Below the pieces are notes generated by a model. The model made no database searches. It saw nothing but the letters and a program-made list of their open reading frames with translations, and had not been told where the DNA came from. A stretch of DNA of 64,000 nt from an uncultured Aliarcobacter sp. (lineage in GTDB: Bacteria; Campylobacterota; Campylobacteria; Campylobacterales; Arcobacteraceae). This document shows positions 10,469 to 19,800 of this stretch, one piece after another. The DNA lies in the NCBI GenBank assembly GCA_963664305.2, contig CAXXLV010000002.1, positions 864,001 through 928,000 on the forward strand, given 5' to 3'. Position numbers and translations under genes: made by a program. Numbering within the stretch: position 1 is the stretch's first letter; each line of letters begins with the position of its first letter.

Positions 10469-11461
10469 TTACAAAACTTCTTCTAAATCTTTAAATTCTT
10501 TCAAAATATATTTTGAGCTATCAATATTATAAGATTTTGATGAATTATTATATTCCAAAAGTATAATTTTTCTTAACTCAGGGAATAACTCATCATCTAA
10601 AGGTCTAAAATCATATTCATCTCCATCCAGTAAACAATACTTATTATTATTTATTTCTAGAATTCTTGATTTTTCATTTAATGAAAAGAATTTATTCTTA
10701 TCACTACATATCATTGTCACATTATTTGAAAGTAATATTTCTTTCAGATTTTTCGAAATATTAAAATCATATGAATAAGTTAAATGGTAATTTTTTATTT
10801 CCGATATATCTCTTTGGCTAGGTAAATATTTTGTATAATCATAAAAATTTAATTCTGGAAAAATAGAAAAAATATTAATCTTTTCACTATCACTAGGTAT
10901 AACTATTGAATATTCATCTACATATGATTTTAATATTTTTTTTATATCACTATGTAACTCAAATTTATATTCATCTTTCTCCCAAGGAATGTCAGAAAGT
11001 CCATTTAATCTAACGGCAGGTTCTAATGAATTATTTTTTGCATGAATTAATAATTTTAGAATATCAAATACTAAAATATTCATAAAATTTTCTTTATCTT
11101 CAAAAAACCATTGAGTGTTATTTTTTCTATAATTATTATAATTTGTTGGTGCATTATAAAAACAAAAATCAATACACGTACCAGCATATTTACATGTATT
11201 AATAATATTAGAACTTTTATGAGGGGCAAGGTATAACATTCCAATTAAATATTTTTCATAAAGATTAGAAGGATTACCATATTTAAAATCTTTATATAAT
11301 CTTCCATATCTATCAAAATAACCTAATACATGATTATTAATATTTTTATTTTTAGTAAAATAGTTTTTCTTTTTAGAAAAATTCTTTGGTAAAGATAATT
11401 TTGGAAAAATTTCTTTTTTTAATTTAGAGAATTCTTCTCTTCTAATCTCTCTAATCCCCAT
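10469..11461 (-). CDS. Phage Gp88-like protein with C-x5-C-x3-C motif (possible Fe-S/radical-SAM-like)
   Basis: Motifs LYLAP, CKYAGTCIDFC, VRLNGLSDIPWE, FYDYTK, NYHLTYS, DGDEYDFR resemble the phage gene-product-88 family as I recall it; no search run. Confidence 0.65.
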   Translation of the reverse strand: MGIREIRREEFSKLKKEIFPKLSLPKNFSKKKNYFTKNKNINNHVLGYFDRYGRLYKDFKYGNPSNLYEKYLIGMLYLAPHKSSNIINTCKYAGTCIDFCFYNAPTNYNNYRKNNTQWFFEDKENFMNILVFDILKLLIHAKNNSLEPAVRLNGLSDIPWEKDEYKFELHSDIKKILKSYVDEYSIVIPSDSEKINIFSIFPELNFYDYTKYLPSQRDISEIKNYHLTYSYDFNISKNLKEILLSNNVTMICSDKNKFFSLNEKSRILEINNNKYCLLDGDEYDFRPLDDELFPELRKIILLEYNNSSKSYNIDSSKYILKEFKDLEEVL

Positions 11462-13349
11462 TTTTTATTATCCTTTTTATTATATATAATTCTAACTCTT
11501 TATTTTCACAATACACATAACAACCTTTCATTCCTCTAGTCATTAATGTTCTATATGTATTTTTGATTATGTTATCAATTTTAGTTTCTATTTCAACTAC
11601 TTTTTGAGTGTTTTTAGTTTTTTTGGCATCTTTTAATTGACCTTTATAGCCTTTTAAAGATTGGTCAGTTTTTGCTCTTTTATCTGGATTTGTAACTATT
11701 TTTCTATTTTCATAAGTTAAATCTTCTCCAATAATTACACCGATATAATCTACTTCTAATCCTTGACAAGTATGAATACAACCAATTTGTTCAACTGATT
11801 GTGGGCTAATTATCCAAAGACTTCCATCAATGGATAAATTCCATTGCATCTCAAATCCATATTTAGGAAGGATTATATCCATAGCCTTTGAATCTTTTTT
11901 ACTTTCCCAATTCCAACAATATCCTGCAACTAATCTAGCTTTATTATTAATTTTATTTTTCTCATAGATAGCATCTTTTAAATCATTTGGATTATCAAAT
12001 ACTTTAAAATCATATTCATTTAAATCTATAGTAGTGTTTGCAGTTTCTCTAATTTGTAATAGATTATCTAACCATGCTAAATAACCATCAGAGCCATTAC
12101 ATCTAAATTGAGATGTTAATTCCACTACTTCAACATTAGCATCATAATATTCAGCCCATTTTTTAATTTCAGATTCTTCACCAATATCATTAAAAGTTAC
12201 AGTTTGGTCTTCATCTAAAAAGAATATTACTGATTTAGAAGAGTAAATAGCTTCTTTGATTTGATTTTCACCAAGATTTCCATAAAGACCAGATTTTTCA
12301 TTCATTCTATGTGCTTCATCAATGATTAAACAATCATAAGAATTTTCTTCACAATCTACAAATGAGCCAGAGCCAGTAAATAGATTTGAGATTTCTGTTT
12401 TTTTCAAAGTTCCAGTTAGTTTTGATTCGTATACAGCTCTTGGTGCAGAGTTTTTACTAACATATCTTGAATTAAATCCTTTTTTTGTAAGTTCTACTAA
12501 AAGGTTAATTGCAATTACTGATTTTCCAGTCCCTGGTCCTCCATGAACAATTAAAACATTTTTATTTGTAGTATCTGATTTTCTAGCAAGTTCTAATGCA
12601 GATTCATAAACAATTTTTTGATTATCAATCATTGTAAATTCTTCATTACCTTTTATCATTGAAGCCATTGAATCAGCTAATGATTTAGAAGGTCTAATTT
12701 CACTTTTATCAATTTTATTCATCACATCATTTACATCACCATAAACAATATGTGAAGATATAAATTCAATTAGATTACTTCGTTCACCTTTTATAAATAC
12801 GGGAGCTTTAAATAAATAGTTCTTATAAAAATCATTTTTTAATACATCATCATTTGAATAATTATGTAAATATGCACAAGGAACTAACGAAATATTTTCA
12901 TCATTAACTACTTTGTTAAATCCTTCAAGCAATTTTACATATGACCAAGCTTGATATGATGGATGAGTAGTTTCTCTTAAGCCTCCACCTAAAATAGTTT
13001 TAATAACACCATCTTTTGAAGTAAGCTTTGATTCACTCCATTGTTTTAATTCAATGATAACTACTTTATCATTTCTATTTTCATCTTGACCAGATACAAT
13101 TAAATCTATTCTATTTCCAGTTCTTGGAATATTATATTCAATAGAGATATTTGAATCATTTGGTATCTTATCACAATATAAAACTTTAGCCATTTCATTT
13201 AAAGAGTTTTTCCATGAAATATATTCATTTTTTGGAGTATTTCTACCAAGATTAACTTCAACTGCATTTGCAATAATATCTTCAATTTCAATATCATTTA
13301 CTAATACATCTTCTAAAAATTCTTTTTTTGTTTTTTTATAAATAATCAT
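11451..13349 (-). CDS. DUF2075 / Schlafen-group-3-type helicase with N-terminal PD-(D/E)xK-like nuclease motif
   Basis: EY..RID..ELKQW, HPSYQA, Walker A GGPGTGKS, Walker B DEAHR, QFRC, GCIHTCQGLE, YRTLMTRG. Confidence 0.85.
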   Translation of the reverse strand: MIIYKKTKKEFLEDVLVNDIEIEDIIANAVEVNLGRNTPKNEYISWKNSLNEMAKVLYCDKIPNDSNISIEYNIPRTGNRIDLIVSGQDENRNDKVVIIELKQWSESKLTSKDGVIKTILGGGLRETTHPSYQAWSYVKLLEGFNKVVNDENISLVPCAYLHNYSNDDVLKNDFYKNYLFKAPVFIKGERSNLIEFISSHIVYGDVNDVMNKIDKSEIRPSKSLADSMASMIKGNEEFTMIDNQKIVYESALELARKSDTTNKNVLIVHGGPGTGKSVIAINLLVELTKKGFNSRYVSKNSAPRAVYESKLTGTLKKTEISNLFTGSGSFVDCEENSYDCLIIDEAHRMNEKSGLYGNLGENQIKEAIYSSKSVIFFLDEDQTVTFNDIGEESEIKKWAEYYDANVEVVELTSQFRCNGSDGYLAWLDNLLQIRETANTTIDLNEYDFKVFDNPNDLKDAIYEKNKINNKARLVAGYCWNWESKKDSKAMDIILPKYGFEMQWNLSIDGSLWIISPQSVEQIGCIHTCQGLEVDYIGVIIGEDLTYENRKIVTNPDKRAKTDQSLKGYKGQLKDAKKTKNTQKVVEIETKIDNIIKNTYRTLMTRGMKGCYVYCENKELELYIIKRIIKNGD

Positions 13350-15022
13350 TTTATTAATTCTTTTAATCTTTTTGTAACATTATCATTAACAGCATAAACT
13401 AATAAACCTTTTTTGGCTCTAGTCATTAATGTAATATAAATATTCCTAATCTCTATTTCTGTAGGTTTATCTTTGTCTTTATAATTTTGAGGTAAATAAA
13501 TAAATTTACCATTTTGATAATCTATGTCAGAACCTAAAATTAGACCAATATAATCATATTCTATCCCTTGTGCAGTGTAAATACAAGCAACTTCATTTAA
13601 TGAGTTATCTAAATAAAAACTTTTATAATTTTTTGTTTTTAATAAATTTTTATTATTCCATGCTTTAGACCAAGCATCTTTTTCAATATAAATATCTAAA
13701 GGTAAGGATCCATCACTTTTAGGTTCATTCCATTCCCAAGTAAATCCTGCAATAAGTTTTTTATTTGTATAGTTATTAAGCTCATTTTCTAAAATATTTA
13801 TATTATCAAATATTGAAACTGAAAATTCATTTGTATTTTTATAAAGTGTGGGATTTATAAATAGATTATAAACCCAATCTTCGTAGAAGTTTTGTCCTTT
13901 ACTTCTTAATTGAAATCTTAATTTCTCATAAATGATGGTTTTATTAATTAATTGCTTTTTTATATCATCTACATTAATACCTTTTGCAGATATTTTTTGA
14001 AAATCATCAATTAGTAAAATTAAATTTTTACATTTATTTGATAATTCAACTAGTTCTTGTTTTGTTAATCTATGTGCTTCATCAACAATAATAAAATCGT
14101 ATAAAGTATTGTTTTGAGTAATTGAATATGAATGAAAAATAGGAAATTTATTATGTTTTGAAGTATGGTATAAAAATGAAGAAGGTATAGTTAAAACTAC
14201 ATTTTTTTTTAATTTAATTAATTCTACTAAAAGTTTATATCCTACAACTGTTTTACCACTTCCTGCTCTTCCATCCAGAATAAAAATATTATTTTGTCTA
14301 TTTTTATTTTGTAATACTTTTGAATAAAAAACTCTTTGCTTATCTATAATATTTATACTAAAGTCATCATTCATTAAATTGTTTACATAATCAATAATTG
14401 ATGGAGTTGGTATTAATTGCTTTTCAATCAGACATTTTAAAAGACCTTTTTCTTTACTTTTTTCTATTTCAAATGAAACTAAATTGGCATATAGAAAATC
14501 TCTAAATTTATTTTTTGTAATTTTCGAAAATGAATATTCAGAAAATTTTTTACAATTTAATAATAAATTATTCTGAATTTCTGTATCTATATTATGTAAA
14601 TAAGAACAATACAAAGAACTTATACCTTTACTTCCATAAAAAAAATCTATTAATGATTGGCTATATTCTTTTGCTTGTAATGTAGGATGAATATATTCTT
14701 TTAAATCATGATTAGGAATTATAAAATCTTTTATTGATTCTCTAATAGTCCATTGTTTTAATTCAATTACAATAGAACAATTTTTACCAACTAATAAAAC
14801 ATCAATTCTTTTATCTATAAATTTTAAATGATATTCAATAAATATGTATAAATTAGTTTTATTTTCTAGAAGTGAAAGAATTTTTGCCAATTCAGGTAAT
14901 GATTTTTTCCAAGATTTAAATTCTTCTGTATTCTTATTCTTGAAATTTTCTAAAATATTAAATATAGATCCACTCTCTATATCTTTTAAAAAGATTTCGA
15001 TTGTATTTGAATAATAAGCCAC
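13346..15022 (-). CDS. Second, divergent DUF2075 / Schlafen-group-3-type nuclease-helicase
   Basis: EY..RID..ELKQW, HPTLQA, Walker A GRAGSGKT, DEAHR, QLRS, CIYTAQGIE, YITLMTRA; GTG start abuts MazG stop. Confidence 0.82.
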   Translation of the reverse strand: MAYYSNTIEIFLKDIESGSIFNILENFKNKNTEEFKSWKKSLPELAKILSLLENKTNLYIFIEYHLKFIDKRIDVLLVGKNCSIVIELKQWTIRESIKDFIIPNHDLKEYIHPTLQAKEYSQSLIDFFYGSKGISSLYCSYLHNIDTEIQNNLLLNCKKFSEYSFSKITKNKFRDFLYANLVSFEIEKSKEKGLLKCLIEKQLIPTPSIIDYVNNLMNDDFSINIIDKQRVFYSKVLQNKNRQNNIFILDGRAGSGKTVVGYKLLVELIKLKKNVVLTIPSSFLYHTSKHNKFPIFHSYSITQNNTLYDFIIVDEAHRLTKQELVELSNKCKNLILLIDDFQKISAKGINVDDIKKQLINKTIIYEKLRFQLRSKGQNFYEDWVYNLFINPTLYKNTNEFSVSIFDNINILENELNNYTNKKLIAGFTWEWNEPKSDGSLPLDIYIEKDAWSKAWNNKNLLKTKNYKSFYLDNSLNEVACIYTAQGIEYDYIGLILGSDIDYQNGKFIYLPQNYKDKDKPTEIEIRNIYITLMTRAKKGLLVYAVNDNVTKRLKELIK

Positions 15023-15367
15023 TTATAACTCCGAATATTTTTTTGCATTACCTTTAGACTTTTCAACTGGATATTTTTTTTCAAATTTTTCTAATTTATC
15101 ATAAATTGCTTCTTCTAAATTAATATCAAATTTCATACATAATCTTAAAAGATATATTGAAATATCTGCAATTTCTTCTTTTAAATGTTCATGTTTTTTT
15201 TCATCAAGGTTATATGATTGTTCTTCAGTAAGCCATTGAAATATTTCTAATAATTCTGCAGATTCTTTTGCTAACGCCATTGAGAGATTTTTAGGAGAAT
15301 GAAATTGATTCCAATCTCGTTCATCTGATATTTTTTTTAATAGAGTTTGTATATTTTTTGTATTCAA
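15023..15367 (-). CDS. MazG-like nucleotide pyrophosphohydrolase (DCTPP1/RS21-C6-like)
   Basis: ERDWNQFHSPKNL, ESAELLEIFQW and EEIADI motifs. Confidence 0.9.
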   Translation of the reverse strand: MNTKNIQTLLKKISDERDWNQFHSPKNLSMALAKESAELLEIFQWLTEEQSYNLDEKKHEHLKEEIADISIYLLRLCMKFDINLEEAIYDKLEKFEKKYPVEKSKGNAKKYSEL

Positions 15368-15382
15368 AAAAAACCTTTTATA

Positions 15383-15424
15383 AAATATAAAATATTGTAC
15401 TAAATATAATATCTTATTGTCAAC
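15383..15424 (-). promoter_or_regulatory. Promoter of MazG-DUF2075-Gp88 operon (near-copy of the TA promoter)
   Basis: Minus strand TTGACA-18 bp-TACAAT; 38/42 identical to 16021-16062. Confidence 0.65.
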
Positions 15425-15479
15425 GAAGATACTAAATATAAGCCTATTTGAAAAAACTATTCAAAAGTTATTATAAAAT

Positions 15480-15764
15480 CTAGAATCTATCTTTTAGATT
15501 CTTATAAATTTTATCTTTTTCCCTTTTTCCAACACTCAATACTAAAACAACTATCTCTTCATCCTTAACTTGATAAGCAAGTCTATATCCAACATTTCTT
15601 AGTTTTATTTTATAAACATTTTCATATCCACTTAGTTTATCTTTTTCTACTTTTGGATTTTCTAATCTCTCTTCTAATTTCTTTTTAAATTGTTCTTTTA
15701 TTGTTGAGCCTAATTTACTCCACTCTTTTAAAGCTTGAGGTTTAAATTCAAGATTATAAGTCAT
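15480..15764 (-). CDS. RelE/StbE-family type II toxin
   Basis: YNLEFKPQALKEW, YKIKLR, GYRLAY, VGKRE; overlaps antitoxin stop. Confidence 0.92.
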   Translation of the reverse strand: MTYNLEFKPQALKEWSKLGSTIKEQFKKKLEERLENPKVEKDKLSGYENVYKIKLRNVGYRLAYQVKDEEIVVLVLSVGKREKDKIYKNLKDRF

Positions 15765-16005
15765 CTAAACTTACTTTAACTGGTTTTTCACCATCATTTA
15801 AAGCTTTTCCTACTTCTAATGACAAATGATAATCATCTATAATATCCATCATTTTTTCATATAATTTACTTGGAACTAGATATGCACTAGGGATATTATG
15901 ATTTAATATTGCTATAACTTCATTATCAGCTTCATTGAGTAATTGTGTAGGAGATTTTTTAAGTTCTGTTATACTCGCACTATAATTTGCTAAAATTGGT
16001 TGCAT
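15754..16005 (-). CDS. Phd/YefM (StbD-type) antitoxin
   Basis: SASITELKKSP, AILNHNIPSAYLVP, C-terminal VSLDDL. Confidence 0.92.
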   Translation of the reverse strand: MQPILANYSASITELKKSPTQLLNEADNEVIAILNHNIPSAYLVPSKLYEKMMDIIDDYHLSLEVGKALNDGEKPVKVSLDDL

Positions 16006-16020
16006 TTTATATCCTTAATT

Positions 16021-16062
16021 AAATATGAAATATTATACTAAATATAGTATCTTTTTGTCAAC
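16021..16062 (-). promoter_or_regulatory. TA promoter with operator palindrome
   Basis: Minus strand TTGACA-18 bp-TATAAT; palindrome ATACTA-aata-TAGTAT at 16035-16050 overlaps the -10. Confidence 0.7.
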
Positions 16063-16100
16063 ATAGGTTTAATAAGATAATTCTTGTTATTAAAAAGTAA

Positions 16101-16130
16101 AAAAGGATTGATTTTATTATCAACCCTTTT
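16101..16130 (-). terminator. Intrinsic terminator after 64-aa ORF
   Basis: Minus strand gggttgat-aataaa-atcaatcc hairpin followed by a T run. Confidence 0.6.
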
Positions 16131-16134
16131 AATA

Positions 16135-16329
16135 TTATTTTCTTTTAAATCCGTTATTCTCAAGTAATGTATATACTTGTTTGTGAGTTGAATAGTGAAT
16201 TTCTTTATTAGCACATTTTTCTTTTAAAAACTGTTTAACAGTCTTTGTTTCTTTATCTTTATATAAACTTGCAACATAATTATGTTCATGTTCTTCACTA
16301 CAATTAAAATATTCGTGATCACGCCCCAT
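16135..16329 (-). CDS. Small hypothetical protein (64 aa)
   Basis: AGGAG RBS upstream, own terminator, plausible composition (YFNCSEEHEHNYV). Confidence 0.7.
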   Translation of the reverse strand: MGRDHEYFNCSEEHEHNYVASLYKDKETKTVKQFLKEKCANKEIHYSTHKQVYTLLENNGFKRK

Positions 16330-16440
16330 TCATTACTCCTTCTAAAATTTAACATATTTATTAATTAAAGATGCTATGTATCATTGTACAAAATTATTTA
16401 TTATTTTTAATTAAAAAAATAATAAATTCATATATTTTTA

Positions 16441-16829
16441 TTACACATGATTTAATAACACTAAAAGACTTCAAAAATAATAGTACATATAAAGCTTTTT
16501 TAACTGATGATTTAAAAGAAATTCTAGAAAAAAGAGTAGATTCTTTGAAACCAAATGATATGCTTTTTACATCAAATCCAGAAAGAAGATTAAGAGCAAA
16601 ACTTGATGAACTATTTAACAAAGATATCAATGAAAACGATAGAAAAAATAAAATTGTATTTCACTCTTTAAGACATACTTTTGCAAGTCATTTAGCTATC
16701 AATGGAACACCTATCTTTACAATTCAAAAGCTTATGAATCATAAAGATATAAGAATGACTTTGAGATATGCTAAATTAAGTCCTGATAGTGGGAGAGAAG
16801 CTGTTAAGAATTTATCTTTTGATTTATAA
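16441..16829 (+). pseudogene. 3' fragment of a second, closely related integrase
   Basis: 16441-16810 is ~96% identical to 10036-10405; the N-terminal two thirds are absent and the ORF-track start at 16371 is non-homologous. Confidence 0.9.
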
Positions 16830-16888
16830 ACTAAATATTAATTTATAATTTAGTATACTCATTAATATTAACATATAGGGCATATAAT

Positions 16889-19800
16889 ATGGGAATTTTT
16901 GATAGTCTTATTTTACCTTACACTCTAGGGATATTTGTAAATAAATCAAGTGATAAATTAAATTCAATATTTAAAAATAATGAAAATCTTTTAAAAAAAC
17001 TTTTTGTAAAATCTTTTATACAAACAATAGAAAACTCTAAAGTAGGATATTTCTCTACTAATAGTATATTCGATAATTTAATTAAAAAGATTGAGAAGAA
17101 TGATGAAAAATTATTTTTTTTAATAGAAAATGAATCATTAAGTAAAAATGAAAATTTTCTTAATTTAATTAAAAATCCGGAGTTTTCAAATACTTTTATA
17201 GAAAAATTATTTAAAGAATATTCGTTAGATACAAAAAATATAGATAAAGATAGTCTTTTAGGAAATTCTTTAAAAAACTTATTAAATAATTATGAAATAA
17301 TATTTTTCCAGAATTTATCGGTAGATACTTCTCTGTCTTTAATTTTTAAAGAAGTATTAAAAATAAAAAATTTGTCTCAAACTTTAAATTCCATAGCAGA
17401 AAAGATTACAGAATTTGATGAAGTAAGAAAAATACTAACAAAAGATTATTTAATTAATAATATAGATTATAGTAAAAGTAGAGAAGTATATGACTCTTAT
17501 TTACTGAGAAAATATGAATTTTTAGAACTAGCAGGATTTTCACCAAAAATATCTGGAAAAGATATTTTTATGAAATTATCGGATGTTTTCATCCCTTTAA
17601 TGATAGAGGGTAATGATTCATCAGAAATAAGATTAACTTCAAAAGAAGCTATCGAAAATATTTTAAATTCAAAACATAAGTCTTTAGTTATTTTAGGAGA
17701 TCCTGGTTCTGGAAAATCAACTTTATTAAAATATATAGCAAGCTTTATTTCTTCTAATCGAAGTTTAGATTGGTTATATCAAGATACTATGCCTTTATTA
17801 ATAAAAGTTTCAGAATATGCTGAATGGTATAAAACTTATAACAAAAATTTATTTGAATATATTAAAGATTTAGACTCTCAGTATAAAAATATATTTATTG
17901 AAAATTTAGAGTGTTCAAATTTATTAATTTTATTAGATGGATTAGATGAAGTAACTGATAGTTCAATAAGAAATAAAATTGTTAATAATATTATTGATTT
18001 AAAAGCAAGATATCCTTTTAATAGATATATAGTGACTTCAAGAATTATTGGTTATAGAGAATCAAGTTTAAGTGGACATTTTCAAGAATCAAGATTACAA
18101 GATTTTTCAGAAAATGATATTAAACAATTTTCTAATCAATGGTATAAATCAATAGCTCAAAGTGAAATATCATCAAAATCTGATATTACAGAATTTGAAA
18201 TTAGTGAAATCAATACAAAGTATAATAATTTGGCAAAAGAATTATTTTCATCTATATCAAGAAATAGTTCCGTTATTAAATTTGCTAAAAATCCATTGTT
18301 AATGACAATTATTGTAATGATATTTTTTCAATCAAAAAAATTACCTAATAAAAGAGTAGAGTTATATGAAATTGCAACTGAAACATTTTTAGATAATTGG
18401 GTAAGAGTTCGATTTGAAGAAAATTCAAAGTTTAAAGATAAAGGAATTATGCTTGAGATTCTCCCTCATATTGCTTTTGAAATACATTCAGGTAATGATA
18501 AAGGACTTATACATGAAGAATTATTTAAAAAAGAATTTATAGAACTTTATCGAGAAATTAACGGAGTGGATTTAAATCTGGCAAAAAAAGAGTTTATTGA
18601 ATTTAAAGAATTTTTAGAAAAATATACAGGATTTTTTTATCGAAAAGATTTAGATGGTAGTTTATATGGATTTGTTCATTTAACATTTGAAGAATATCTA
18701 GCAGCTTTAGAATTAAAATCTAAGTGGGATTTAAAAACCTTAAAATTGGAAGATTATGTTTTTGATTCACGTTGGAGTGAAGTTATTAGACTTGCAATAG
18801 CTAATTTAAAAATATCTAATAGAGCAATTTCTGGTAGAGTAAAAGCAACAGAATTTATTAAAGACATCTTAAAAGTTAATGATTCTTATCCTAAACTTCA
18901 TAGATTATTTCAATTAGTATTATTGATTTTTATTGATGATGTTGAAATTAATAATGAATTAAAAGAAGAAATAATAACAAAATTCTTTTTTTTACTTGAA
19001 GAGCATACAGAAATTTCTTTATTAGATACATTAACAAAGATTTTTGGTGAAATAAATTATAGTATATATAATAATGATTTTTTTGAAAGAATTAAAGAAA
19101 TATTAAAATCATCAAAAAATAAAAACTTGTTGACAAATATTTTTTATTTATTAATTAACAATACAGATAAAAAAGAAATAGAAATATTTATTTATGAAAT
19201 ATTAAATGAGTATGGTAATCAAAAATATTTCTTTGAAGCAATATACAATATAGATTATAAACTTTTAAAAAAAGTTAAACTTGAAAAAGCTTTTTTAATT
19301 AAAAATTGGGTAGAACTTATTAATAAAAAAGAATTCTCAGAAAGTTATGTTGAAAGTATTACTCCTAAGCTCTCTAAATTTTTATTAAGTAATAAATCTA
19401 ATTCTTCTTCTATAATTAAAACTACTATTATAGACTTCTTTATTGAAATATTTAATTTAATTAAAAATTCAGATTATGAAAATATTTTCTATAAATTGAT
19501 AATGAGAGAAATGCATGCTTTTGGAAGAAATAATATTAAACTAACTATATTAGATAAAATTAATAATAAACCTATAAAAAAGAAATTAAAAGAAATGCTA
19601 ACACTTGCTAAAAAAATTGAAGAAAAAGAAATAGACCATACTTCTTTTAGAATGGGAGCTTACTTTAAAAATTATTTACTCATAAAAAGTGATGAAAAAT
19701 CAACAATAACAGATTTAAGAAATTTAGAAAAAATATATATTGATAAAAATTTATTAATAGATATTAAAAACAACACAGCAAAATATCCTGAAGAATTTAT

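Noticed and set aside
16371..16440. N-terminus of the 152-aa integrase-like ORF
   Set aside because: Non-homologous AT-rich sequence fortuitously in frame; treated as a fragment, not a gene start
9956..16630. Similar minus-strand ORFs at 9956-10231 and 16394-16630
   Set aside because: Antisense to the integrase and its duplicated 3' end; the similarity comes from that duplication
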